NCBI GenBank assembly: GCA_964573095.1
Contig: CAZNIK010000001.1
Span: 185,004 to 249,003 of the forward strand
Source: an uncultured Candidatus Saccharibacteria bacterium
Lineage (GTDB): Bacteria; Patescibacteriota; Saccharimonadia; Saccharimonadales; 2-12-FULL-41-12
Reading direction: 5' to 3'
DNA length: 64,000 bases
Shown: in pieces, positions 26,564 through 36,663 of the stretch
Numbering within the stretch: the stretch's first letter is position 1
Layout of the letters: the number at the start of each line of letters is the position of its first letter
Program-made: the position numbers and the translations under genes
The notes under the pieces: generated by a model
Told to the model about the DNA's origin: nothing
Databases searched by the model: none
The model's input: the letters and a program-made list of their open reading frames with translations, nothing else

Positions 26564-26680
26564 CTATCCCTGCCTCTGCTTATGCTTTGGCTTAAATTTG
26601 TTGATCACGTAAAGGCGACCCTTGCGACGCACGATTTTGTCATCGGGTGAAATCTTCTTTACACTTGCACGTACTTTCAT
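26564..26680 (-). CDS. rpmJ: 50S ribosomal protein L36 (Cys-less form, 38 aa)
   Basis: [38 protein letters not shown] begins at the internal ATG of track ORF 26564..26776. The zinc-binding Cys positions read S, D and N. Confidence 0.9.
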   Translation of the reverse strand: MKVRASVKKISPDDKIVRRKGRLYVINKFKPKHKQRQG

Positions 26681-26808
26681 CCAGCGAGATTCCTTTCTGG
26701 TTTCTGGCACCCGCAGCGACCTTGCTTTAGGCGGCGAACGGGAGGTATACGGATCGAGGGCTTTCCCCTGCGACACACTGCGTATTTTTAGTTATTAATA
26801 TCGTGGGT

Positions 26809-27030
26809 TCACGATTTGCGATAGGTGATTCTGCCCTTTGTAAGATCATAAGGGGTCAACTCGACCGTAACGCTGTCTCCTGGAACAATCCGAATGTAAT
26901 GTTTTCGCATTTTACCAGCGACATGAGCTATGATTTCATGACCGTTTTGAAGCTCTACCCGGAACTGAGTTCCTGGCAGTGTTTCGGTGATAACACCAGT
27001 GAGCTCGATAACTTCCTTATTTTTGGCCAT
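26809..27030 (-). CDS. infA: translation initiation factor IF-1
   Basis: [45 protein letters not shown]. Confidence 0.97.
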   Translation of the reverse strand: MAKNKEVIELTGVITETLPGTQFRVELQNGHEIIAHVAGKMRKHYIRIVPGDSVTVELTPYDLTKGRITYRKS

Positions 27031-27093
27031 AAAATATAACTAGACGTAAATTGTAACAGATTAGTGACGGATTTGTAAAGGGTAGTTTTTGGG

Positions 27094-28581
27094 TTATTTC
27101 TTGGATTTATTTTTTCGCAATCGTTTCGGTATGAACCTGCGCCGCTTTTCTTCTGGTTCGACTTCCTGGAAAAAGTCGGTTCCATCGTATTGATTATAGG
27201 TGATCATTAGAGCGCGAGATTCCACTTGGCGCAAGGTCTCAAGTGATACCGACACAAGAATTAAGATGCTAGTACCGCCAATCGCCAGATTGTTTCCTAA
27301 ATAGGCCTCACCGATAATTGGCAACACTGCGAGTAGACCTAGCGCGAGTCCGCCAAAAAGCGTGAGTCGAGTTACCACCTTAGACAAGTACTTTTCTGTC
27401 TGTGATCCAGAACGAACACTCTCAATAAATCCGCCTTGCTTTTGAAGGTTTTCAGCGATTTCTTTCGCGTTAAAAGCGATGCTAGTGTAGAAGAACGTAA
27501 ACAAGAACACCAACAAGAAATACACAACAGGATAAATGTAGGCGTGCCAATCACCAGAGGTGAGAGACTGAGAAGTTGGTGGCTGAAACCACGCCAAAAG
27601 ATTCCCGCCGATTTCTTGTAGCCTGGCGCTTTGACTACTGCTAAATATCTGTCCCGCAAAGCTTGGCACGCTTAAAAATGCGACTGCAAAAATTATTGGC
27701 ACAACCCCTGCAGTGATCAGCTTCACAGGCAGCACAGTTGTCACGCCGCCATATGTCCTATTGCCCTGCACCCTTTTGGCATAATGCACCGTGAGCCGCC
27801 TTGCTGCCTCGTTCAAACGGACCACAATAAGTGTCACAATAAACGCCGCGAGGGCGAGACCAACGGCCAGCAAGAACCCTTTTTTATCAATTGGAAGCGT
27901 GAGGCCAAACAAACTCCATTTGGCGTCTCCCGCAACAACCGACGAAAGCAATGAAGCAACCGTGCCCGGCAACGACGACACAATACCGACAGTTATAAGC
28001 AGCGAGATACCATTTCCTATGTTCTGCTCAGTTATCAACTCTCCTAGCCACATCAGCATCATTGCCGCCGCAGTCAATGCGGTAATCATCAAAATCCATT
28101 GAACAACACCACTGCCGGCTGTTATATCTCCAAGGCCCGCAACTTGCGCCGCTTGCTGCTTGACGAGGTAGATGACCCCAACGGACTGGATGATTGCAAG
28201 CGGCAAGGTAAGCATTCTGGTGTACTGATTGATCTTTTTACGACCAAACTCACCCTCTTTGTTCAGCGCTTCTAGTTTGGGAATTGCCTTAGTGAGCAGT
28301 TGCATAATAATACTGGCGTTGATGTATGGCCCAAGACCCACGAGCATAATAGAAAAGTTAGCCAGCGCACCACCAGAAAGTACATTCAAAAAACTCAGAA
28401 ACTGTGGTGTGTCAGATGAGGTAAATAGCGTTTCAAGAACTTGACGCAGAGTCTGAGGATTTGTAAGAGGAATTGGAATATGCGATAGAATCCGAAAGAT
28501 AACTAAGATGCCCAAAACAATGAGAATACGATTCCTCATGTCGCTGTCTGACAGTGATTTCCAAATTACCTTCCAGTTCAT
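27094..28581 (-). CDS. secY: preprotein translocase subunit SecY (basic C-terminal extension)
   Basis: Ten-TM profile, GGALANFSIMLVGLGPYINASIIMQLL, position after rplO. Confidence 0.96.
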   Translation of the reverse strand: MNWKVIWKSLSDSDMRNRILIVLGILVIFRILSHIPIPLTNPQTLRQVLETLFTSSDTPQFLSFLNVLSGGALANFSIMLVGLGPYINASIIMQLLTKAIPKLEALNKEGEFGRKKINQYTRMLTLPLAIIQSVGVIYLVKQQAAQVAGLGDITAGSGVVQWILMITALTAAAMMLMWLGELITEQNIGNGISLLITVGIVSSLPGTVASLLSSVVAGDAKWSLFGLTLPIDKKGFLLAVGLALAAFIVTLIVVRLNEAARRLTVHYAKRVQGNRTYGGVTTVLPVKLITAGVVPIIFAVAFLSVPSFAGQIFSSSQSARLQEIGGNLLAWFQPPTSQSLTSGDWHAYIYPVVYFLLVFLFTFFYTSIAFNAKEIAENLQKQGGFIESVRSGSQTEKYLSKVVTRLTLFGGLALGLLAVLPIIGEAYLGNNLAIGGTSILILVSVSLETLRQVESRALMITYNQYDGTDFFQEVEPEEKRRRFIPKRLRKNKSKK

Positions 28582-28669
28582 GAATCGTTCTTATCTACCC
28601 TCTTTGTTATCTTGGGCCACACACCCCTCGACTATCAAGTGATATTGTACCTTAGATTTCTCTACTTCT

Positions 28670-29137
28670 CTACGACTTTTTGCGCGCCGGGGGTCTTTTC
28701 AGCTGTTCTGTCTTTTCAAAACTGCCTCCAGCCTTTTGCAGCATCGCAACAGCGGGCGCACTGGCATATTGAAGCTTCACGACTACCTTTTTTGCAAGGT
28801 CGCCCTTTACAATTAGCTTCGTTTTTACGTAGGGGTTCTCTATGAGTCCAGCATTTGCCAGTACTGTAGTTGTTACTTCTGTCTTGCCAAGTGTCTGTAG
28901 GTCACCGGTATACACCTGCCTGGTTTTCGTTCGATGCGATGTAAAACCCCTTAGTTTTGGTATGCGCATATAGAGAGGCATCTGACCACCCTCAAAACCG
29001 GGGCGAACACCCCCACTTTTGCGTGAGCCCTGCCCTTTTGTGCCTCTTCCGGCGGTTTTGCCTCTTCCAGCAGAAATACCCCGCCCTACTCGCTTGGGTT
29101 TCTTGTTTGGTATCAGATTTAGGTCATTAAACTTCAT
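28670..29137 (-). CDS. rplO: 50S ribosomal protein L15
   Basis: RVGRGISAGRGKTAGRGTKGQ. Confidence 0.96.
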   Translation of the reverse strand: MKFNDLNLIPNKKPKRVGRGISAGRGKTAGRGTKGQGSRKSGGVRPGFEGGQMPLYMRIPKLRGFTSHRTKTRQVYTGDLQTLGKTEVTTTVLANAGLIENPYVKTKLIVKGDLAKKVVVKLQYASAPAVAMLQKAGGSFEKTEQLKRPPARKKS

Positions 29138-29712
29138 TATTTCTTATCCTTGGACGCAGTTTTAGCGTTTGTCTTGGTGGTTGCGGCTTTTTTCGGCTTT
29201 GAAACAGGTCGGTCAATCCGGGTAACCCATTTATCAGCCGATTCCATACTCTTTAGTGCTTCGAGCGTTGCATAGGCCGTATTAATTTTGTTTGTAGAGC
29301 CCAGCGACTTTGAAAGTGCGTTACTCACGCCCGCGACTTCAAGGACTGTGCGCACTACCCCACCAGCAATAAGTCCTGTACCAGCGCTTGCTGGCTTAAG
29401 CAGAATGTTAGAACCAGCTACTTTTGCCTGTGCTTCATGAGGAAACGTTCCTTTGTAAAGCTTCAAGGTTGTGAAGTTTTTCTTCGCTGACTCTACGGCT
29501 TTTGCCACTGCCGCGGTCACGTCGGCACCCTTTGCAATACCAACCGCAACCCGACCCTTGTGGTCGCCTACCACTACGAGTGCACGGAAACGGAATCTCC
29601 GTCCACCCTTTACTACCCGCGCAACACGATCAATGTGCACGACTCTCTCATCGTATTGTTTCTCTTCGGTGTGCGCCGGCGAGGGGCGCGTCTTTTGGGG
29701 TGTGTTAGCCAT
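29137..29712 (-). CDS. rpsE: 30S ribosomal protein S5
   Basis: IDRVARVVKGGRRFRFRALVVVGD. It abuts rplO directly, with no L30 gene between. Confidence 0.96.
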   Translation of the reverse strand: MANTPQKTRPSPAHTEEKQYDERVVHIDRVARVVKGGRRFRFRALVVVGDHKGRVAVGIAKGADVTAAVAKAVESAKKNFTTLKLYKGTFPHEAQAKVAGSNILLKPASAGTGLIAGGVVRTVLEVAGVSNALSKSLGSTNKINTAYATLEALKSMESADKWVTRIDRPVSKPKKAATTKTNAKTASKDKK

Positions 29713-29714
29713 AA

Positions 29715-30071
29715 TTAAAACTCCAGTCCTTCCTTACGGGCGCTGTCTGCGAGCGCCTTTATCCGTCCATGATATAGCTTGGCTCCGCGATCAAACGTAA
29801 CGTGCTTGATTTTTTTGGCTTTGGCCTTCTTGGCTATTTCTGACCCGACCGATTCGGCCCTAGACGTCAGTGTGCCCTTTATACCTTTCTGTCCGACGGT
29901 CGTCGCACTCACAAGAGTTACCTTTTTGGAATCATCGATAATCTGGGCGGAAACATGCAGGTTCGTAATATGAACCGATAGCCGTGGTCGCTGCGTGGTC
30001 CCAGTAACGGTCGCTCGAGTTCTATGCGCCCGTCTTTTGGCATTATCTCTTTTGGATTGCAATCTATTCAT
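29715..30071 (-). CDS. rplR: 50S ribosomal protein L18
   Basis: RPRLSVHITNLHVSAQIIDD...FDRGAKLYHGRIKALADSARKEGLEF. Confidence 0.96.
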   Translation of the reverse strand: MNRLQSKRDNAKRRAHRTRATVTGTTQRPRLSVHITNLHVSAQIIDDSKKVTLVSATTVGQKGIKGTLTSRAESVGSEIAKKAKAKKIKHVTFDRGAKLYHGRIKALADSARKEGLEF

Positions 30072-30073
30072 AA

Positions 30074-30613
30074 CTACTTATCCTTACCTGACTTTCCGCT
30101 CTTCCTAATGATACGCTCACCAACATACTTGATACCTTTACCCTTATATGGTTCGGGCTTTTTGAGTGCTCGGATTTCAGCGGCAACCTGTCCTACCTGC
30201 TGTTTATCAATTCCCGAAATCGTAATGACATTCTGTTCGACAGTTGCAGTAACCCCTTGTGGAAGCGTATATACTACTTCGTGCGAGAACCCGAGGTTCA
30301 TTTTGATCTGATTTCCAGCCAGCGCAACCCGAAAGCCGACACCGTTTACTTCAAGTTTCTTTTCGAACCCTTTACTCACGCCAGTAACCATATTCGCAAC
30401 TAAAGTACGCATCAAACCGTGTTTGGCGCGGTGTTCTGGAATATCACTTTCTCTACTAACAATCACTTCACCATCCTGCTGCTTAACAACAATGCCAGGC
30501 ATCGTAAACTGAGACAACGTTCCTTTGGGACCGCCGACAGTAATTGCATCGTTGTCGACAGTAATTGTCACACCGCTTTCTAGCTTGATTGGTAGTTTTC
30601 CTACTCGACTCAT
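30074..30613 (-). CDS. rplF: 50S ribosomal protein L6
   Basis: MSRVGKLPIKLESGVTITVD...EPYKGKGIKY. Confidence 0.96.
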   Translation of the reverse strand: MSRVGKLPIKLESGVTITVDNDAITVGGPKGTLSQFTMPGIVVKQQDGEVIVSRESDIPEHRAKHGLMRTLVANMVTGVSKGFEKKLEVNGVGFRVALAGNQIKMNLGFSHEVVYTLPQGVTATVEQNVITISGIDKQQVGQVAAEIRALKKPEPYKGKGIKYVGERIIRKSGKSGKDK

Positions 30614-30621
30614 ATGCTTCC

Positions 30622-31017
30622 TTAATAGACCTTACAGATTAATTCGCCACCTATGCGGGTTTTTCTCGCTTCATCGCCAACCATCATGCCTTTTGACGTC
30701 GAAACAATGACAATGCCCCGCCCCCGCTTTACAACAGGTATCTTATCCGCACTCACGTACATGCGACGTCCGGGCTTGCTTAAGCGAACAATTTCCGTGA
30801 TTCGTGCGTTTGAGGCTTCGCTATTTATTGTGACTACCAACGATTTTTGAATGCCCTCGCCGTCCTGCTCGACTTTGTCAACAAATCGATGTGACTGTAA
30901 CAAGTTTGCAACATTGTGCTTGACCTTAGAATAAGGCATTCGAACTTCTGTTTTCGAGACCGCGATTGCATTGCGAATCCGGGTCAACATATCTGAAATT
31001 GGATCAGTTGACACCAT
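30622..31017 (-). CDS. rpsH: 30S ribosomal protein S8
   Basis: MVSTDPISDMLTRIRNA. The ATG at 31017 (2 nt after the rpsN stop) is preferred over the track TTG at 31026. Confidence 0.95.
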   Translation of the reverse strand: MVSTDPISDMLTRIRNAIAVSKTEVRMPYSKVKHNVANLLQSHRFVDKVEQDGEGIQKSLVVTINSEASNARITEIVRLSKPGRRMYVSADKIPVVKRGRGIVIVSTSKGMMVGDEARKTRIGGELICKVY

Positions 31018-31019
31018 AA

Positions 31020-31289
31020 TTACCAACTCGCTTTCGTTACGCCCGGGATTTCTCCCTTGCTTGCGTGTTCTCTAAACGAAATACGGCTTAAACCGAAGGT
31101 TCTCATGTACCCACGAGGTCGCCCCGTTTCACTGCAGCGATTTTTCTTTCTGGTTGGAGACGAGTTTCTTGGCAATTTATGCAAACCCTCTTGATCTCCC
31201 ACAGCCTTTAAGGCCGCTCGCTTTTGTGCGTATTTGTGTATCATTTTTTCGCGTTTTTCATCGCGAGCAATGATCGATTTCTTTGCCAT
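31020..31289 (-). CDS. rpsN: 30S ribosomal protein S14 (long, Cys-less type)
   Basis: [20 protein letters not shown]...[20 protein letters not shown]. 89 aa with no CxxC pairs. Confidence 0.95.
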   Translation of the reverse strand: MAKKSIIARDEKREKMIHKYAQKRAALKAVGDQEGLHKLPRNSSPTRKKNRCSETGRPRGYMRTFGLSRISFREHASKGEIPGVTKASW

Positions 31290-31870
31290 TATTTACTCTC
31301 CTTTTGGAAAGGCATTCCAAACTTGGTTAATAGTGCTTTTGAATATTGCTGATTATCTGAATCAGTGACAATTATGACCTGTAGTCCATGGGCAGTCGTT
31401 GTTTCTTCGAAACTAAGCTCTGGAAATATTGATTGCTCTCTGAGTCCGATGGCGTAATTGCCCTGCTTATCAAATGCTCGGTTGCTGACGCCGTGAAAGT
31501 CACGAAGCCTTGGAAGCACCAAATTTATTAGTCGGTCCAAAAATTCGTACATTCGATCCCCGCGCAATGTCACCTTGAGGCCAATTTTATTTCCCTCGCG
31601 CAACTTAAAAGACGCGATCGACAACTTGGCATATGTATCGATTGGCTTTTGACCAGTTATTTTTGCCAAAGTGTTGGACGCCACCTCAAACATTTTTTTG
31701 TCGTCCTTCGAGCGCCCCAATCCGATGTTGATAACGATTTTTTCAAGTTTTGGAATCTCGTGGACATTCTTAAGTTTCAGTTCTTCTTTGAGCTCATTCG
31801 CATAGGACGTCAAGTAGAGTTGCTTTAACCGCGGCAAGGTAGATGTAGACGATGCTTTTGTAGTAGCCAT
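31289..31870 (-). CDS. rplE: 50S ribosomal protein L5
   Basis: [20 protein letters not shown]...DFHGV. Confidence 0.96.
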   Translation of the reverse strand: MATTKASSTSTLPRLKQLYLTSYANELKEELKLKNVHEIPKLEKIVINIGLGRSKDDKKMFEVASNTLAKITGQKPIDTYAKLSIASFKLREGNKIGLKVTLRGDRMYEFLDRLINLVLPRLRDFHGVSNRAFDKQGNYAIGLREQSIFPELSFEETTTAHGLQVIIVTDSDNQQYSKALLTKFGMPFQKESK

Positions 31871-32217
31871 TACTTGATCACCTTTCCAGTTCGCTTATAT
31901 ACCCGAGCTTTTGTACCATCTTTCGCAATCTGATAACCAATCTTGCTTGGTTTTTTTGTAGTTGGCTCAATAACAGCAACTTTACTAACCCACATTGGCT
32001 TAGTGAGCTCGATGATTCCGCCTTGAGGATGCTTATTGTTGGTACTTGGCTTTATGGCCTTTTTTACAATGTTGATCCCCTCGACTGTAACCTTATTTAG
32101 CGTTGGATGTGTCGCAATTATTTTTCCGGTTTTGCCCTTGTATTTTCCAGCAATAACCACGACCTCATCGCCCTTCTTGAGCCGAATCTTGTACACTGTT
32201 TTAGACTTTGCTTTCAT
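31870..32217 (-). CDS. rplX: 50S ribosomal protein L24
   Basis: KOW motif LKKGDEVVVIAGKYKGKTGKI. Confidence 0.95.
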   Translation of the reverse strand: MKAKSKTVYKIRLKKGDEVVVIAGKYKGKTGKIIATHPTLNKVTVEGINIVKKAIKPSTNNKHPQGGIIELTKPMWVSKVAVIEPTTKKPSKIGYQIAKDGTKARVYKRTGKVIK

Positions 32218-32219
32218 CG

Positions 32220-32588
32220 TTAAAGTACCTCTGGAGCAAGACTGATTATTTTGTTATATCCCATGTCTCGAAGTTCTCTGGGAACCGGTCCAAAAATGCG
32301 CGTTGCACGTGGCTGTTTGTCGTCGCCAATAATTACCGCAGCATTGTCATCAAACCGTATTGTCGAACCATCTTTGCGCTTGATGACATTCGTGGTGCGA
32401 ACAACCACCGCACGGACAACACTTTTCTTCTTCACGGCCCCACTTGGATTTGCTTGCTTAACGGTGGCAGTAATAACATCACCAACATGTGCGTAACGCC
32501 TTCGCGTTCCCCCGAGTACGCGGATGCACAAAATCTCCTTGGCACCACTATTATCACAGACGCTTAGACGAGATTCTTGCTGAATCAT
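32220..32588 (-). CDS. rplN: 50S ribosomal protein L14
   Basis: [27 protein letters not shown]. Confidence 0.97.
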   Translation of the reverse strand: MIQQESRLSVCDNSGAKEILCIRVLGGTRRRYAHVGDVITATVKQANPSGAVKKKSVVRAVVVRTTNVIKRKDGSTIRFDDNAAVIIGDDKQPRATRIFGPVPRELRDMGYNKIISLAPEVL

Positions 32589-32902
32589 GACTTCGCCTCC
32601 TCGTCGTCCTTTGATGCCACCTTCGATTCCTTCTCGATCACATCAAGGTCCTCCCTGGAAAGCTTGGCCTTACTAATAACCTCCTTGAGGGTATGGCGCT
32701 TTCGAGCAGAGAGAGGTCGCGTCTCCTCAATAGAAACTTTGTCGCCCACACTGCATTGGTTCTTTTCGTCATGGGCAATATATTTCGTGGTAACTGAGTA
32801 CTGTTTCTTGTAAAGCGGATGAGTTTTTCGCGTATGAACCGTAATGACAATAGTCTTGTCAGCGGAAACGGAAGACACAGTACCGATCAAGGTTTTTGCC
32901 AT
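32585..32902 (-). CDS. rpsQ: 30S ribosomal protein S17 (acidic C-terminal extension)
   Basis: [27 protein letters not shown]. Confidence 0.95.
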   Translation of the reverse strand: MAKTLIGTVSSVSADKTIVITVHTRKTHPLYKKQYSVTTKYIAHDEKNQCSVGDKVSIEETRPLSARKRHTLKEVISKAKLSREDLDVIEKESKVASKDDEEAKS

Positions 32903-33102
32903 TATATATTCTCCTTTGAGAGCTGTTCACTCATAATTGTTAGCATCCGAGCCAAATCTTTACGCTTACTGCGCAATATGCGGACATTCTGGGTTTCTCC
33001 CATGTGGATTCGACGACGAAGTTCGACAATCTCAGCTCTTAGTGCTGCCACACTATCCATAATTTCGGTAGTCTTCATTTTTCGGATTTCAGCGGTCTTC
33101 AT
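32902..33102 (-). CDS. rpmC: 50S ribosomal protein L29
   Basis: 66 aa, EIRKMKTTEIMDSVAALRAEIVELRRR, between rplP and rpsQ. Confidence 0.93.
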   Translation of the reverse strand: MKTAEIRKMKTTEIMDSVAALRAEIVELRRRIHMGETQNVRILRSKRKDLARMLTIMSEQLSKENI

Positions 33103-33515
33103 TAGTCTGACTCCCTCGTAATGAACTTTGTCTTCACAGGCAGCTTATGACTCGCAAGTCGCATGGCTTCTCGAGCAACTTCTTCGGATACACCTTGCAT
33201 CTCGAATAGAACTGTCCCAGGGCGCACTTTTGCAACAAAAAACTCTGGCGAGCCTTTGCCGCCACCCATTTTGAGTCCAAGCGCTTTTCTGGTCACTGGG
33301 GTGTGAGGGAATATTCGGATCCATATTTTACCTCCGCGCTTAATATAGCGCGTCATGGCCTGCCTGGCTGATTCGATCTGACGACTACTTATCCGCTCAG
33401 TTCCTGTCGATTGCAGTGCAAAATCACCAAATGCAATAGTGTTCCCAGACGTTGCCGGCCCCTTGATTCGGCCTTTTCGCACCCGTCGAAACTTGGTCTT
33501 ATTGGGCATCAACAT
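33102..33515 (-). CDS. rplP: 50S ribosomal protein L16
   Basis: [19 protein letters not shown]...[10 protein letters not shown]-like [16 protein letters not shown]. Confidence 0.97.
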   Translation of the reverse strand: MLMPNKTKFRRVRKGRIKGPATSGNTIAFGDFALQSTGTERISSRQIESARQAMTRYIKRGGKIWIRIFPHTPVTRKALGLKMGGGKGSPEFFVAKVRPGTVLFEMQGVSEEVAREAMRLASHKLPVKTKFITRESD

Positions 33516-34144
33516 TAGACTGTTTCCCCTTTATATATCCAAACTTTCACGCCAATGATCCCAGCGGTTGTATGGGCGCGCGCAGATGAATAATCAATAT
33601 CAGCACGAAGTGTATGAAGCGGTACGCTTCCTGCAACTTCTTTTTCGCGACGGGACATCTCGGCACCATTCAAGCGGCCTGCAACCTCAATTCGAACACC
33701 TTGTGCTCCGGCTCGCATTGTTGCTGCAGCTGCTTGCTTGATCGCCCGCCGAAACGACATTCTGCGCTCGAGTTGAAAAGCAATGTTTTCGGCCACCAGC
33801 TTTGCGTACATTTCTGACTTCTTGATTTCCTCGATATTGACGCGCGTCTGTACACCGTACACTTTTTCGATCCGCGCTTTAAGTTCTTGAGCTCCCGTGC
33901 CGCCGCGACCAATAACAACCCCAGCCTTCGCCGTAGAGATAGTCACGGTCACAATATTCGGCGACCTTTCGATGTCGACTTTATTGATAGCTGCTCTCGA
34001 ACCAAGCATATCTTTAATGAGTCGCCTCACCTCAAGATCTTGCGTAAGGTACGCTGCGTAATCGCGTTTGCTTGCAAACCACTTACTTCGCCAATCTTTG
34101 TTGACCTGGAGACGCATACTAATTGGGTTCACTTTTTGGCCCAT
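33515..34144 (-). CDS. rpsC: 30S ribosomal protein S3
   Basis: [24 protein letters not shown] and the KH domain GVVIGRGG. Confidence 0.97.
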   Translation of the reverse strand: MGQKVNPISMRLQVNKDWRSKWFASKRDYAAYLTQDLEVRRLIKDMLGSRAAINKVDIERSPNIVTVTISTAKAGVVIGRGGTGAQELKARIEKVYGVQTRVNIEEIKKSEMYAKLVAENIAFQLERRMSFRRAIKQAAAATMRAGAQGVRIEVAGRLNGAEMSRREKEVAGSVPLHTLRADIDYSSARAHTTAGIIGVKVWIYKGETV

Positions 34145-34542
34145 TATTTTGCCTCCTTTTTAGCGGCAGCTTTAGTAGTTGACTTTGCGGTTGTCTTCTT
34201 TGGGGCTCGCACCTCGCCGTCAACTTGGACAAAGATGTGGCTGGTTTTTCGTTGAAATGGTAGAGCCCGTCCGTGCGCAGCAGGACGATATCTCTTCAGC
34301 CGAGGCCCAGGAGTAACGCTAATGTAGGTAATTATTAAGGTCTCTGGCTTTAGAGAATGATTATTGTCGGCGTTCGCCTTGGCGCTCTCTATCACTTTCC
34401 TCACGGGCAACGCTGAACGTCGAGGGGTATTTGAGAGTATCGTCAACGCTTCCTCAACTGTTCTGCCGCGCACCAACGCAGCAACCACACCAACCTTGCG
34501 TGGACTCATGCGGACACCTTTTGCCGTTGCTTTAACGCTCAT
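34144..34542 (-). CDS. rplV: 50S ribosomal protein L22 (Lys/Ala C-terminal tail)
   Basis: AKGVRMSPRKVGVVAALVRGRTVEEAL. Confidence 0.96.
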   Translation of the reverse strand: MSVKATAKGVRMSPRKVGVVAALVRGRTVEEALTILSNTPRRSALPVRKVIESAKANADNNHSLKPETLIITYISVTPGPRLKRYRPAAHGRALPFQRKTSHIFVQVDGEVRAPKKTTAKSTTKAAAKKEAK

Positions 34543-34818
34543 TTAACTTTTCCCTTTCGCGAGCTTACCGCCATGGGTTCGGAATTTACGGGTAGGAGAA
34601 AATTCTCCCAACTTATGGCCAACCATGTTCTCTGTGATAAATACCGGGACGTGCACCTTGCCGTTGTGAACCGCAACTGTTTTGCCCACAAACTCAGGGG
34701 GAATAGCGCTCGAACGAGCCCATGTTTTGATAATGGTTCGATCTTCGCTGCCCAAGGCGGCAACCTTTTTAGCGAGTTTGGGGTCTACAAATGGTCCTTT
34801 TTTTAACGATCTACTCAT
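34543..34818 (-). CDS. rpsS: 30S ribosomal protein S19
   Basis: [15 protein letters not shown]...[17 protein letters not shown]. Confidence 0.97.
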   Translation of the reverse strand: MSRSLKKGPFVDPKLAKKVAALGSEDRTIIKTWARSSAIPPEFVGKTVAVHNGKVHVPVFITENMVGHKLGEFSPTRKFRTHGGKLAKGKS

Positions 34819-34820
34819 GA

Positions 34821-35657
34821 TTATTTCCTTTTCGCTTGATGACGGCTTCTTATGATGTATTTGGTGGTGCTTTTTCGGCGTCGAGTCTTAAAGCCTAATG
34901 TTTTCTGTCCCCACGGAGTACGCGGATCTTTACCCATACCGTGACGTCCACCGTCACCACCACCATGCGGATGATCAGCTGCGTTCATCACCACACCACG
35001 AACAGTTGGCCTCACGCCCATTCGCCTACGGCGGCCGGCTTTTCCAATCTTAATGTTTTGGTGCTGCTCATTTCCGACTACACCAATGCTCGCCATACAA
35101 TTAATACTTACTTGCCGAACTTCACCGCTTGGTAGTCGAATTTGGGCATACTCACCCTCTTTGGCCATTAATTGCGCGCTCGATCCAGCGCTTCTGACAA
35201 TTTGTGCGCCTTTACCGGGTGTAAGCTCAATCGCATGAACTACGCTGCCAGTTGGAATGCTCTTAAGCGCCAGTCGATTACCGTTTTCGATAGTTGCTTT
35301 TTCGCCTGCCACAATCTTTTGTCCTGGCTTCATGCCTACGCTGGCAAGAATGTAGTGATACTGTCCGTTACTGTCAACTATTCTCGCAATATGCGCCGAT
35401 CGGTTAGGGTCGTACTCGATGTGCTCTACCGTGGCACTAAGGCCAGACTCAAGATTAAAGTTCATAATGCGATAGCGTCGTTTTGCACCTCCGCCTCGAT
35501 GTCGAGTCGTAATTCGTCCTTGGTTATTGCGACCACTTTTTTGGCGCTTGGTTTCGACAAGACTTTTGAGTGGTTTCTTGGCAGTAATAGAATCAAAATC
35601 CTGCGAGGTCATGCCGCGTCGGCCGGGAGTAGTTGGCTTATATAGTTTAATAGCCAT
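34821..35657 (-). CDS. rplB: 50S ribosomal protein L2
   Basis: [16 protein letters not shown]...[13 protein letters not shown]. Confidence 0.98.
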   Translation of the reverse strand: MAIKLYKPTTPGRRGMTSQDFDSITAKKPLKSLVETKRQKSGRNNQGRITTRHRGGGAKRRYRIMNFNLESGLSATVEHIEYDPNRSAHIARIVDSNGQYHYILASVGMKPGQKIVAGEKATIENGNRLALKSIPTGSVVHAIELTPGKGAQIVRSAGSSAQLMAKEGEYAQIRLPSGEVRQVSINCMASIGVVGNEQHQNIKIGKAGRRRRMGVRPTVRGVVMNAADHPHGGGDGGRHGMGKDPRTPWGQKTLGFKTRRRKSTTKYIIRSRHQAKRK

Positions 35658-36025
35658 TACTTATTCTCCTTTTTGGCCTTTTTTTGGGCCTTTTCAGCAG
35701 CTTTGGCCTCTTTCTTTTCTTGCTCTTCAATGGCTGCAAAAATCGGTAGAGAGTCGCCGTCTTTTAGGGTGACGTACGCCTTTTTAAAGTTCGATCGAAC
35801 GCCAATTACAGACCGACCGCCTCGACGAACGGTTCGCTTGCGCTTTCCTTTGATGGTTGCGGTGCGGACATTGATTACGTCGACACTAAACTGCGACGAA
35901 ACTTGATTGGCAATTTCGTGTTTGTTACTCGAGGTTGGCACATCAAATACGTAGGTGTTTGTCGACTGAGATGAAGCGTAGGTTTTTTCGCTCATTCTAG
36001 GTTTAAGAACAGTCAGCTTGGTCAT
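35657..36025 (-). CDS. rplW: 50S ribosomal protein L23 (Lys/Glu C-terminal tail)
   Basis: LKPRMSEKTY...YVFDVPTSSNKHEI, between rplD and rplB. Confidence 0.93.
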   Translation of the reverse strand: MTKLTVLKPRMSEKTYASSQSTNTYVFDVPTSSNKHEIANQVSSQFSVDVINVRTATIKGKRKRTVRRGGRSVIGVRSNFKKAYVTLKDGDSLPIFAAIEEQEKKEAKAAEKAQKKAKKENK

Positions 36026-36663
36026 TATTTTTCACCCCCAAGCCAGTCCGAAATGATGCTGAGTGAGTTTTTAGTCACCACGATAGTATCGGCGTTGAGC
36101 ACGTCAAATGTGTTGAGATACTTCGCTTGAACAAGCGTAACTGCTTCGAGATTGTTGGTCGCTCGCTTTATTTCTTCAGTTTTATTCTCGACGACAATTA
36201 ACACACGGCCCTTGGCATTGATTTTATTCAATAGCTCTTGGGTAGACTTGACCTTACCATCCTGGATTTCGAAAGCCTCAATAATGCACAGTTTGTTGGC
36301 TTGCGCCGCCAGCGTCAGCGCCTGTCGTATGGCAGTACGCTTGGCCTTTTGATTTAACTTTTTAGAATAATTCTCGTTTCCAGTAGGACCAAAGGTAATT
36401 CCTCCGCCGCGCCAAATAGGAACCCTTGAGCTTCCAAATCGAGCCCGACCTGTCCCTTTTTGCTTCCAGGGTTTTCTACCACCACCACGAACCAGGCCGC
36501 GGGTTTTTGTAACAGCGAGGTTTTGACGCCCGTTGTCGAGATACGCATGATAGGCGTCCTTGAGCAAGCGATGGTTCGCAACTTCAACTTCAAACACGCT
36601 TTTATCAAGTTTCGCAGAAGTAGTCGACTTCGTGCCAGATTTGGTGAAAGTAGGGATAGCCAC
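36025..36663 (-). CDS. rplD: 50S ribosomal protein L4
   Basis: GGGRKPWKQKGTGRARFGSSRVPIWRGGG. Confidence 0.96.
   Translation of the reverse strand: MAIPTFTKSGTKSTTSAKLDKSVFEVEVANHRLLKDAYHAYLDNGRQNLAVTKTRGLVRGGGRKPWKQKGTGRARFGSSRVPIWRGGGITFGPTGNENYSKKLNQKAKRTAIRQALTLAAQANKLCIIEAFEIQDGKVKSTQELLNKINAKGRVLIVVENKTEEIKRATNNLEAVTLVQAKYLNTFDVLNADTIVVTKNSLSIISDWLGGEK

Noticed and set aside
26564-26776. 70-aa ORF in the track covering rpmJ
   Set aside because: Only the last 38 codons match L36 (MKVRASVKK...). The upstream 32 codons are an in-frame read-through of the infA-rpmJ spacer.
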